Positions 47,654 to 56,362 of a DNA stretch of 64,000 nucleotides are shown piece after piece. The stretch comes from Acidobacteriota bacterium (GTDB lineage Bacteria; Acidobacteriota; Blastocatellia; Pyrinomonadales; Pyrinomonadaceae), in NCBI GenBank assembly GCA_046728235.1, contig JBKPEE010000033.1:222-64221 (forward strand), read 5' to 3'. A model generated the notes under the pieces. It searched no databases. It was not told where the DNA came from and saw nothing but the letters and a program-made list of their open reading frames with translations. Both the position numbers and the translations under genes were made by a program. Positions within the stretch are counted from its first letter, which is position 1. The number at the start of each line of letters is the position of its first letter.

Positions 47654-48511
47654 TTAACGAGTTCCGATTACTGACATCAAACGTCCGACGCGACCGTGCT
47701 TCTGTTTCTCTCGGCGATAGGAAAAGAACAGTTCATTTCGATCCATCGTGCAGAGCGGGACCGTATGGATACGATCGGGTGACAGCCCCGCCTCAATCAG
47801 TTGCTCGCGATTTGCCTGATGCAGATCGATTCGCGCGTGCCCGTCGCTGGTGGGCGTAAAGAGTTTGTTTGAATCAGGAAAACGTTCTTTGAAGACGCTA
47901 ATTACATCGGCGCCAACTTCGTAACAGCAGCCGTTTGCCGCCGGACCGACGGCAGCGCGCAGGTCCTGAGGGCGCGCGCCGAATTCAGTCTGCAACTTCG
48001 CGATGGCCTGCTTGACGATTGAGGCCGAGGTGCCGCGCCAACCGGCGTGCACCGCGGCAAACGCGCGGGATGAAGTCGCGCCAATCAAAATTGGAACGCA
48101 GTCAGCCGTTTTGACCGCCAGCAGCACATGAGGAGTGTTGCTGACCAGGGCATCGCAGTATTGATCGTCTCCGAGGACACCGGGTTTTGTTCTGGCATCG
48201 TCTTCCGAATGGACCACGCGCACATCAACACCATGCACTTGCCAGCAACCGGTCAGGAGCCAATCGCCCTCGAACAATTTCAGAAAGCGTCGGCGGTTCT
48301 CGTAAATGTTTTCAGCGTCGTCTTCGTTGAAGCCGGCCAGGTTCAAGTCGTTGCCGGGCATGGGGCTGACGCCGCCGAGGCGAGTTGAGAACGCGTTGGT
48401 AAAACCCTCCGCCTCGAGTGGGGTACAAATCAGCGCGCGCACGCCGTCGCGCTCGCGCCACTGAAAACCGGCACTTTCGAGTGCCGCTAATTCGTTTTCG
48501 TCTGTGATCAT
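47654..48511 (-). CDS. pgeF: peptidoglycan editing factor PgeF (YfiH / laccase-domain family)
   Basis: FSTRLGGVS, QVHG, LAVKTADCVPIL, HAGWRG and CCYEVG motifs. Start uncertain (ATG at 48511, or an in-frame GTG further downstream). Confidence 0.85.
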   Translation of the reverse strand: MITDENELAALESAGFQWRERDGVRALICTPLEAEGFTNAFSTRLGGVSPMPGNDLNLAGFNEDDAENIYENRRRFLKLFEGDWLLTGCWQVHGVDVRVVHSEDDARTKPGVLGDDQYCDALVSNTPHVLLAVKTADCVPILIGATSSRAFAAVHAGWRGTSASIVKQAIAKLQTEFGARPQDLRAAVGPAANGCCYEVGADVISVFKERFPDSNKLFTPTSDGHARIDLHQANREQLIEAGLSPDRIHTVPLCTMDRNELFFSYRREKQKHGRVGRLMSVIGTR

Positions 48512-48884
48512 TTCAATCGGAATCGACATCATTGAAGTCAGTCGCGTGCGTGAAACCATCGCGCGCACGCCGCGATTTGCCGAACGTGTCTTTACTGATG
48601 CCGAGCGAGCGTACTGTGAATCGCGCGGCGCTGCGGCTGCGCAACATTATGCCGCGCGCTTCGCGGCAAAAGAAGCGGCGCTGAAAGCTCTGCAAACAGG
48701 CTGGAGTGGCGGGATTGGCTGGCAGGACGTCGAGGTGTCAGCAAAAGACTCGGGCGCGCCGGTAATTTTGTTTCATGGCCGGGCGCACGAGTTGTTTGCG
48801 GCGAGCGGAGCCACGTCCGCCCATATCTCGATTGCACATACGGGTGAACATGCGATTGCGGAGGTGATTTTGGAGAAGGAGTAA
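48504..48884 (+). CDS. acpS: holo-[acyl-carrier-protein] synthase
   Basis: MIISIGIDIIEVSRV N-terminus, FAAKEAALKA, and a C-terminal ISIAHTGEHA segment. 126 aa. Confidence 0.9.
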   Translation: MIISIGIDIIEVSRVRETIARTPRFAERVFTDAERAYCESRGAAAAQHYAARFAAKEAALKALQTGWSGGIGWQDVEVSAKDSGAPVILFHGRAHELFAASGATSAHISIAHTGEHAIAEVILEKE

Positions 48885-48936
48885 GCCGGAGCGATCAGGA
48901 GTTATCCGCGGGATTCGCGCGATACAACGGGCTTTA

Positions 48937-49021
48937 CTCAAAAGTAGGCGGCATAAGTTTTGAGTAGGTGAAGGAGTGGAGCCAGTACCGGGAGCGATAG
49001 CGACAGGGTAACTGATTGTTT
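48937..49021. repeat. 85-bp repeat, right copy (inverted relative to 45737..45821)
   Basis: The reverse complement differs from the left copy at 3 positions. Confidence 0.85.
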
Positions 49022-49068
49022 ACCTAAATGATGGATTCGAAGAGACTTCCTGACTCTTGAAGATACGG

Positions 49069-49100
49069 ACCCGGTCGCTACCGCTCCCGGTACTGACTCC
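49069..49100. repeat. partial third copy of the CCGGTCGCTACCGCTCCCGGTACTGAC core
   Basis: 31/32 identical to 45750..45781. Inverted relative to 48977..49008, giving a hairpin between the acpS and PBP 3' ends. Confidence 0.8.
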
Positions 49101-49109
49101 GTCAGCGGC

Positions 49110-51584
49110 CTATCTTTCTGCGATGCGCATTTCGTTGACCAGCACTCTTCTACCCTGTTTGTTCAACTCAGCCAGGGTATCGCGCAGCGCATATTCTTTG
49201 GCCGCCGTCCGATTCTCACCCTTGCGCGAACGCGCCGGTTCCTGGATCGCAACTGCGGGCGTTTCCGATAGAACAGAGTCGTCAAAATAGAAGTTATGCC
49301 GGAAGCATTCTGATAATGGCGCCTGGGTGCTCAGCATCGCCACGCGTTCACGCATGGGACACTTGGTAGTTGCCAGCTCATCAGTTTCCGGATCAACGTC
49401 GGCAATCGTGATTCCTTCGGGTTGATCGAATGACCTGCCGCCGAGTTCCGGCCGCAAATCAATGGCGCCTTTCATGAATTCAACCCATGCCGGCAGCGCG
49501 GCCTCTGCCCCGGTCAATCCAAGTTGCTGGTTGTCGTCAAATCCAATCCAAACTGCGCAGACCAGGTTTGGCGTGTAGCCCACGAACCAGCCATCGCGGG
49601 AGGTGCCGGTTTTTCCGGCGACTGCTGTGCGGCTGATGGCTCCTCGCGCGGCGCGCGCGGTTCCGCGATCGATCACATCCTGCAGCATATCGGTAACCAT
49701 GTAAGCCGTGGTCGCCGCGATGACCTGATCTCCCGCGGATGCAGTGTCAGTCGAGATTACCGCGGGACTGATTTTACGCCCACCATTTGCAAATGAAGCG
49801 TAGGCGGTCGCAATCTGCAAAGGAGTTGCTTCCGTGGTCCCCAACGCCAGCGCGGGGTAAGGAATTGGGCGAGGCAAACCAAACCTCGAAGCCGTATTCG
49901 CGACCCGCGCCAGTCCTGTCTGCATGGCGACGTCCACGGTCACGACGTTCAATGACTTAACCAACCCGTCGCGCATCGGCACATCCCGCAGGGAAAATCC
50001 ACCGCCGTAATTTGATGGCCGATATGTTTGGCTGCCCGCGTAGGTGAATTGCTGAGGCGCGTCCCGGAAACTGCGCAGTGGCGAAATTCCGCTTTCCAAC
50101 GCGGCCGCGTAAACAAACGGCTTGAAAACAGAACCCGGTTGACGCCGCGCATCGGTTACTCGATTCAATTGCGTTTCGGCGTAATCGCGTCCGCCGACCA
50201 TCGCCAGCAGCTGACCTGAATTCGGGTCGAGAGCCACCAGCGCAGCTTCCGGAGTTTGGCCTCGCCGCTTATAAACGTTATCCAGGCGATCGAGCTGGTG
50301 TTTGATTGCCTCGGTAGCCAATCGCTGCAGATCCAGATCAAGAGTCGTCACCATGGCATCCTGCGTATGATCCACCGGCGCCTCTCCCTGGCCATGTTCG
50401 ATAACTCGATTCACGTAATCAACGAAATAAGGCGCACCGGATGCTCGCGCCGGGTCGAAGGCCGCAACCACTACGGGTTCTGCCGCGGTTTGAGCCGCTT
50501 GATCCCCCGTGATGAACCCATCGCGCGCCATCGTGCCGAGCACCGTGTTGCGGCGCGCGCGCGCCGCTTCGGGTTGTCGCAGGGGTGAGTAACGGGTCGG
50601 GCTTTGGATCATCCCGGCGATGGTAGCTGCTTCTGTCAACGTGAGATCCTTCAACTCTTTCCCGAAATATACCTGCGCCGCCTGATCGACGCCGCGCACC
50701 GCGACCGCGCCTCGCTGCCCCAGGAACACTTCGTTGCAGTAGAGTGCGAAGATATCTTCTTTCGACAGGCGCCGTTCGATCGTGAAAGCCAGCATCGCTT
50801 CCGCAAACTTGCGGCGCAGCGTGCGTTCAGGAGTCAAATACGTGTTCTTGACGAGTTGTTGCGTAATCGTCGACCCGCCCTGGCCAATTCGTTCATCGCC
50901 GGCATTACGAATCAAAGCCCGAGTAATGCCAAAGATGTCCACCCCGTGATGATCAAAGAAGCGGCGATCTTCAATGGACGTGATTGCTTTGACCAAAACC
51001 GGAGGAATGTCACTAAAGGAAAGCTGCGGACGAGCGCCGCCCTTGGTGGTGCCATCGGTCAACGACTCGGGTGCCAGGGTGAATGAGTCGATCGCGACTT
51101 GGTCTGCAGTTAGTTGTGAAATGCGGTCCTCTGCTTCAAACGAAACATGGATGACCGATCGAGCACCGCTGTTGCTGTTCGGGCGAATATCGATTCCCCC
51201 GCCGGTCGCAGAAAAACTTCCGTTCCAGACTTCGCTGGCTGAGTCGCTTTCAATGTAACCCGCCCTGCGTAACACCTGACCCATTTGCGCCGGCGAATAT
51301 TTCTGGCCGCTGCGCAAAATGCGCGGCGCGGCGTAGATGCCGGCCCGACTGCTCAGGTAACCACGCGCGAGCCGCTCGTCGACAAGCTTTGCGTAGGCTC
51401 GGTATGTATGAACAAACACCGCCGCGAGTCCGATTAGGATGAGGACGATGGTCGCCGCGGCAAAACGAATAAATAGCTTTGCGCTTCTTCCCCGAAGGCG
51501 GGTGAGAAGCTGCGTCCGTACGGTTTTTGTTCGCCTGGCCCGCATTTGAGACACAAAACCCCTAAAGGTCAAAAGCCTCCGCAT
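49110..51584 (-). CDS. mrcA: class A penicillin-binding protein (transglycosylase/transpeptidase, PBP1A-type)
   Basis: GT51 motifs EDRRFFDHHGVD and GGSTITQQL. Transpeptidase motifs SVFKPFVY, SLN and KTGTS. Confidence 0.95.
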   Translation of the reverse strand: MRRLLTFRGFVSQMRARRTKTVRTQLLTRLRGRSAKLFIRFAAATIVLILIGLAAVFVHTYRAYAKLVDERLARGYLSSRAGIYAAPRILRSGQKYSPAQMGQVLRRAGYIESDSASEVWNGSFSATGGGIDIRPNSNSGARSVIHVSFEAEDRISQLTADQVAIDSFTLAPESLTDGTTKGGARPQLSFSDIPPVLVKAITSIEDRRFFDHHGVDIFGITRALIRNAGDERIGQGGSTITQQLVKNTYLTPERTLRRKFAEAMLAFTIERRLSKEDIFALYCNEVFLGQRGAVAVRGVDQAAQVYFGKELKDLTLTEAATIAGMIQSPTRYSPLRQPEAARARRNTVLGTMARDGFITGDQAAQTAAEPVVVAAFDPARASGAPYFVDYVNRVIEHGQGEAPVDHTQDAMVTTLDLDLQRLATEAIKHQLDRLDNVYKRRGQTPEAALVALDPNSGQLLAMVGGRDYAETQLNRVTDARRQPGSVFKPFVYAAALESGISPLRSFRDAPQQFTYAGSQTYRPSNYGGGFSLRDVPMRDGLVKSLNVVTVDVAMQTGLARVANTASRFGLPRPIPYPALALGTTEATPLQIATAYASFANGGRKISPAVISTDTASAGDQVIAATTAYMVTDMLQDVIDRGTARAARGAISRTAVAGKTGTSRDGWFVGYTPNLVCAVWIGFDDNQQLGLTGAEAALPAWVEFMKGAIDLRPELGGRSFDQPEGITIADVDPETDELATTKCPMRERVAMLSTQAPLSECFRHNFYFDDSVLSETPAVAIQEPARSRKGENRTAAKEYALRDTLAELNKQGRRVLVNEMRIAER

Positions 51585-51841
51585 GAGGAGGCTGTATAGT
51601 CCCGGGCCTTCCCAAATCGCAGGCCTGGCCTGGTTTGAAAAAGCCCCGAGCGATCCGTCAGTTCAATCCGTTGCTCTTAGAAAATGTCTAATACGGGGGA
51701 AATTCTTGAGAGGGGGCATCCACTCTTTAGCCTCGTTAGATGCCGACCCGTACGCGTTTCGTTTAGATTTAGATTACGACTCTAGCCCAGCAAGTTCAGT
51801 ACCAACGGCGGCTTTGCTTCAAAAATCTCAAAATGTCAGTT

Positions 51842-52041
51842 TTCATTCACACCGGGCTTGAGCCCGGTGGTCAAACAGCAAACGAGGTGCGGAACCGTTT
51901 TAACGGTTTCTATTCTCGGTTGAGTGTAGTAACGCCGTTTGTTAACAAAAACCTACGTGGCTTATGGGAGAATAAACCGTTGAAACGGTTCTCTCTATTC
52001 TCTGGGACGGCCGTCACCGGGCTAAAGCCCGGTGTGAATGA
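51842..52041. repeat. roughly 200-bp nested inverted-repeat (MITE-like) element
   Basis: Outer arms are tcattcacaccgggcttgagcccggtg and caccgggctaaagcccggtgtgaatga (26/27). Inner arms are gaaccgttttaacggttt and aaaccgttgaaacggttc (17/18). Confidence 0.75.
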
Positions 52042-52155
52042 GATCCGCTGACTATCTATTTTTGAGGCAAAGCACCAACTGCAGTGCCATGCGCGTCGAC
52101 GCGACTACCTCGCCGCAGTTCAGAGCGATCTCACGCGCCGCGCAGGGGTGCTCAT

Positions 52156-52998
52156 CTAAACGATCACCGTCTCTTTCAGCTGAGAATCGATGCCCGATTT
52201 TCGGGCGATCGCCTTCTTAATCGCATCAATTGATTCGATTCCCGCCTGGTAGCCACAATCGATCAACTCTTCTGCGCGTCGGGTCTGGTCCCAACGAATA
52301 TGACCGACTCTGGGGACCACGAGCACATCTGCATCAGCCCGCTCCTGGTTTGATACGACTCGCTCGACCGCGATGAAGGTATGCGCCAGCACGCCAAGGG
52401 CTGTTCGGGGGCGATCAAAAAAGCGTACGCCGTCATAGTTCACGTCCACAGCAACCACAAGGTTTGCGCCCAGCGCACGGGTTTGACTGATCGGGAGGTT
52501 GGCCACGATGCCGCCATCGATCAACAACCTTCCTTCAGAATCTTCGACCGGAACGTGAAAGAAGGGCAGACAGCAACTGGCGCGAATTGCAAATGGCAGA
52601 TCGCCCGTATCGCGAAAAACCACCGACTCTCCCTTCCGGAGGTCCGTGGCCATCGCCGCGAAAGGAACCTTCAGATCTTCAAAACGAGTAACGGGAAGGC
52701 GCGCGCGCAGAAACTTTTCCATCCGCGCGTTGGATTGCAGACCCAGGCCCGAGAACGATACACGCGCCGTATGTCGCCAGCGAAAAGTGCCGGCCATTTC
52801 CTGCAGACGCTCAACCGAAACTCCGGCGGCGTAACATCCGCCGATTAGGGCGCCGGCGGAAGCTCCGGCGATCGCATCAATCGGAATCTGGTTTTCAACC
52901 AGCGCGCGCAGCACACCGACGTGCGCGATGCCCCGCGCCGCGCCGCCGGAAAGCGCGAGACCGACGCGCACACTCTGGGCTTTATTAGTATCCTCCAC
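52156..52998 (-). CDS. patatin-like phospholipase family protein
   Basis: GGAARGIAHVGVL oxyanion motif, GASAGA nucleophile motif and the DGG Asp motif. Confidence 0.9.
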   Translation of the reverse strand: MEDTNKAQSVRVGLALSGGAARGIAHVGVLRALVENQIPIDAIAGASAGALIGGCYAAGVSVERLQEMAGTFRWRHTARVSFSGLGLQSNARMEKFLRARLPVTRFEDLKVPFAAMATDLRKGESVVFRDTGDLPFAIRASCCLPFFHVPVEDSEGRLLIDGGIVANLPISQTRALGANLVVAVDVNYDGVRFFDRPRTALGVLAHTFIAVERVVSNQERADADVLVVPRVGHIRWDQTRRAEELIDCGYQAGIESIDAIKKAIARKSGIDSQLKETVIV

Positions 52999-53013
52999 GG
53001 ATCGGGTGCGGCC

Positions 53014-53110
53014 TAACGCAAACTGTTAGTTTGCGATTCGCCTTCGTAAGCTGACCGACGGTATCACTTTAACGCAACTGTTAGCTTGCGTTTCGCCTCC
53101 GCAAGCTGAC
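53014..53110. repeat. two tandem units of about 42 nt (TAACGCAACTGTTAGCTTGCG..CGCAAGCTGAC)
   Basis: Units at 53014..53056 and 53070..53110. Diverged partial copy gttagcgcaactgtgttagctggttgcg near 38932..38960. Confidence 0.7.
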
Positions 53111-53131
53111 AGCTTAAGTTACCAATTCGAG

Positions 53132-54232
53132 TCAGTTTCCTTTGGGATAATAGCCTTCGCGCGCACGCACTCGCAATTCCGGGTGCGTTGGTGAGATGGC
53201 CGTGATGCGGCGGTAGCCGCGGGAACCGGTTTGGTTGTTCGAATAATATTGCAGCAGGTACTGTGAACGGATCTCTGAAGCGATCCGATTAAAGATGGGC
53301 GTCAGCTCCTCGTCACGCGCCGGAACGAAAGATGCTCCGCCTGTGGCGGCCGCGATGCGCTCCATTCCCAATTCAGCCCTGGCCGTGCGCGCATTCAGAC
53401 GCATGGTCTGGCCGCTGGGATTAATCGAGTAGAAGGTGACTTCCGCGCGCTGTACCTCGCGCTCAGTTTCCGTTTGCGATCGCTGAAGCATTTGCTGTTG
53501 AGCTTCGACACTGGCGAGTTGTAACGTGCCATCACCGGGTTTCACGGTCGAGATATCAAGAATGCGCGCGGTGTCATCACCATCCGAAATAATGACCGCG
53601 ATCCGGCGCCGCCCACTTGTCGACGACTCGTCGAGGTATTTGGCCGCCGACAACACCGAATCAAAAAAAGCCGTGTAGCTGTTGGACGGCTTGATTGTCA
53701 TCACGCTTTGCGAGGCCACGGCGGCACTCGCCAGTCGCTGGACCAATCGCGGCGTGGTGTCGATCGCAAAGACAGTCGCCCGATCTTCCGGCTTTAAGAC
53801 CTGCTTGATGAAGCTGGCTGCCGCCTGTTGCTCAAAATCAAAGCGGGCGATAACACTTCCCGACACATCGACGAGCAAGGCGATATCGAGTGGCACCTGC
53901 TCGGGATCACCCAATTGCGCGATTTGTTGCGGTCGCCCGTCTTCTTCGATCCGGAAGTCGCTTTGCTTCAGGCCGAGGACCGGTTGTCCCTGAGAGTCCG
54001 TCACCGAAACCGGCACCATTACGAGGTTGGAAGTGACGCGCACAACTTCGTATTCAATCGGTGGAGGTGTAGGTGTTGGTTTAGGCTTGTAAGCAGGGAC
54101 GGCGGGCGGTGGTGGTAATTCCTTCAGCTTCTGCGCAGAAGTCGCCGGAAACAAGCTGGCGCCGACAAAAAATAAAGCCAGCGCTGCTCCGATCAGCGCC
54201 GGCCAGAAATGTTTTCGCTCGTTGAGAATCAT
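53132..54232 (-). CDS. VWA domain-containing protein (acidobacterial TIGR03436-like)
   Basis: Signal/anchor, Pro-rich linker, DIALLVDVSGS MIDAS-like motif, and a C-terminal YRRITAISP...VRAREGYY pattern. Confidence 0.8.
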   Translation of the reverse strand: MILNERKHFWPALIGAALALFFVGASLFPATSAQKLKELPPPPAVPAYKPKPTPTPPPIEYEVVRVTSNLVMVPVSVTDSQGQPVLGLKQSDFRIEEDGRPQQIAQLGDPEQVPLDIALLVDVSGSVIARFDFEQQAAASFIKQVLKPEDRATVFAIDTTPRLVQRLASAAVASQSVMTIKPSNSYTAFFDSVLSAAKYLDESSTSGRRRIAVIISDGDDTARILDISTVKPGDGTLQLASVEAQQQMLQRSQTETEREVQRAEVTFYSINPSGQTMRLNARTARAELGMERIAAATGGASFVPARDEELTPIFNRIASEIRSQYLLQYYSNNQTGSRGYRRITAISPTHPELRVRAREGYYPKGN

Positions 54233-54378
54233 TCACCAACTCCTCATGCCGCCAGTACGTCCTGCTGGCCCTACCCAATCATTTGACGCGCGCTGACGGC
54301 ATGATGGTTGGCAACATAACACAATCCCGGGCGTCCGGGTTGCCGTTCTCAAGATTACAAACGATGTTTGCGCTACAA

Positions 54379-55422
54379 CTATTCGCCTTTTCCGCTACCG
54401 CCCGAACCCGGGTTCATTGTCGGCGCTGGTTGTGTCAGGCCTTTGTTGACCAGCACCTTTATTTCCACGCGTCGATTCTCTGCCCGGCCTGCTCGACTCG
54501 TATTGTCGGCAATCGGGTTCGATTCGCCGAAACCATATGGCGTGACGATGCGGCGCAGCGGGATCTGGTGATTCTCAACCAGGTAACGAATGACTGCGTC
54601 AGCTCGGCGCTGGCTCAACAGGCGATTGCGTTCGGTGGCGCCGGTTGAATCAGCATAGCCGGTCACTTCGAGCACATAGCCTTTGGCGTTCAGCGCTTTG
54701 GTAGCGATCGCATCGAGCTTGGTTTTCGCATCAGCATTCAGGATTGAGCTGCCAATGCGGAAGTTTACGGCCGTCGAATCCTGCGGCACGTAATCATCCA
54801 GCGCCGAAATACGATCGTTGGTTGCATTCACGCCGGCCACCGCCGCATCGGCAGTTTCCTGCGCCGCTTTGGCGCCGCCGCGCGCAGCGTTTGAAACGGC
54901 CGCGAGTTCATCCAATTGACCGGAAAGCTTCTGAGCGTTTTGCTCGACATCGGTCAACCGAGTTTCAGCTGCGCTGGCACGTTCTTCAAGTGGCGTCGCC
55001 CGCGATTCAACCGCACGAGCGGTGCGCAAATCAGAATCGTTGAAGCGAATCTTTTCCGCGTTGAGTTCGCCATTTGATCCGCCACGTCCTTCAACTTCCA
55101 GGTTCAAACCGCGGAGAATGTTCGTGGCGCCATAGTTGGTGCCCCCGCGCAGGAAGCCACCGTTTGATTTCACCGAAGTTTTGTCAGTGAGCCGCACCAC
55201 GGTGTCCACGCCCGACAGGTCCCGCACCATAAAGGTGTCGGCGTCGCGGCGCACGACCACGCCTTTGATCTTCATCTTCTCGCCGCTGGCTATTGAGCGG
55301 GCTCTTGACGCATCAGCCGGCGCCGTCTGTGTCTGGGTCGAGGGTTGTCCGAAGGCTAATGGGGAAAGAGCCAGCGCCAGCCCGAAGCCGAGCGCCGTCG
55401 ATCGAAGTATTCTTACGTTCAT
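54379..55422 (-). CDS. OmpA-family peptidoglycan-binding protein with coiled-coil region
   Basis: Signal peptide. C-terminal GYADSTGATERNRLLSQRRADAV ... NRRVEI OmpA_C motif. Confidence 0.85.
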   Translation of the reverse strand: MNVRILRSTALGFGLALALSPLAFGQPSTQTQTAPADASRARSIASGEKMKIKGVVVRRDADTFMVRDLSGVDTVVRLTDKTSVKSNGGFLRGGTNYGATNILRGLNLEVEGRGGSNGELNAEKIRFNDSDLRTARAVESRATPLEERASAAETRLTDVEQNAQKLSGQLDELAAVSNAARGGAKAAQETADAAVAGVNATNDRISALDDYVPQDSTAVNFRIGSSILNADAKTKLDAIATKALNAKGYVLEVTGYADSTGATERNRLLSQRRADAVIRYLVENHQIPLRRIVTPYGFGESNPIADNTSRAGRAENRRVEIKVLVNKGLTQPAPTMNPGSGGSGKGE

Positions 55423-55737
55423 GGAATTTAGCTCCTTATTGGAATGCCGCGCGCGCAGCCCTGACCGCGCCGGCGAGTTTTTGTCGAGTTAAGAGACGAA
55501 CTCTCACTTCAAGTTGTCTGCAACGCTAACGCAGACCCTACGAAGAACGTCGGGTTGAAGAGCTAAGGCTGGCGCTCATCAACTATATTGACGAATAGTA
55601 TAGAAGGAGATGGAAGTGTCAAGACGAGAAGCTGCAAAAACCGGAGTTAGAACAACTTAACAGCGATTCATTAGTTGTTCGCTACCCGATTGCAAGAAAA
55701 AACGTCCAAGTCGGAGATGAGAGCTCCGAAAAGGCTG

Positions 55738-56304
55738 TCAATGTTGTCGCCGCTGGAATTCCTTACTCTGCATTCCATCCAGGGCTTCGTCGATCAATTT
55801 TGTCATGCGTGCCATTTGCGCAGTCCAATCATAGTTTCGGGCGATCGCAACTCGATGCCGGACGGCTTCAGGATGGACATCCGCGACTGCTTTTCGCAAC
55901 TCTGCGACGAATTCACCCGCGTCGCGCGCGAAACTAACGCTTCCAGGATATGCTTCGGCAAAGCTACGCACCGCGGGCAATGGCGTGGACACGACGGGTA
56001 AGCCGGCAGCCAAGTACTCTTTTAATTTGACCGGCATAATCCCGGCTGTGAATTCATTGAGGGAATATGGGAGTAGACCGACGTCGAAACCCACCATATG
56101 ATTGATGGCATCGTCATGCGGAACCGGTTCGAGCAATCTTACGTTTGGGCGTCGCGCCAGCTGCTCAAGATCCATAAAGCGTGATCCGGCGATAACGAAA
56201 TGCAAATCGGGCGCAAGATCGGCAATTTCGGTCAAAAGCGATATATCGATCGAACAAGCAAACGCCGCTAAACATTCGAGACCGCGGCTGCTGATCTCAA
56301 ACAA
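55738..56304 (-). pseudogene. glycosyltransferase family 1 (GT4-like) C-terminal fragment
   Basis: Only the C-terminal Rossmann half is present (FVIAGS...VGLLPY...PVKLKEYLAAGLPVVST). The frame is closed by a TAG 11 codons upstream of a TTG start, and the E2 gene ends 58 nt upstream. Confidence 0.55.
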
Positions 56305-56362
56305 ATTGTCGTTATTAGACCAATCTGATGTGACTGGCTAACCGAGGGCCGAAAATCAGACG

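Noticed and set aside
48504-48568. The divergent pgeF and acpS coding regions appear to overlap at their 5' ends by 8-65 nt.
   Set aside because: The overlap depends entirely on the choice of pgeF start. An in-frame GTG further downstream (VRALICTPLEAEGF..) gives an N-terminus of similar length to E. coli YfiH and removes the overlap.
51574-51593. The PBP1A start codon sits in the loop of the hairpin AGCCUCC-UCAUGC-GGAGGCU, with an anti-SD-like CCUCC upstream and GGAGG downstream. This could be translational control.
   Set aside because: The true start is uncertain (an alternative ATG lies at 51545), the stem is only 7 bp, and I cannot evaluate its stability or conservation from this window.
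53014-53110. Tandem direct repeats with a spacer could be a CRISPR array, as could the other repeat clusters at 27914..28034 and 4348..4465.
   Set aside because: There are only two or three copies, the spacers are much shorter than CRISPR spacers or irregular, the units are imperfect, and no cas genes are present.
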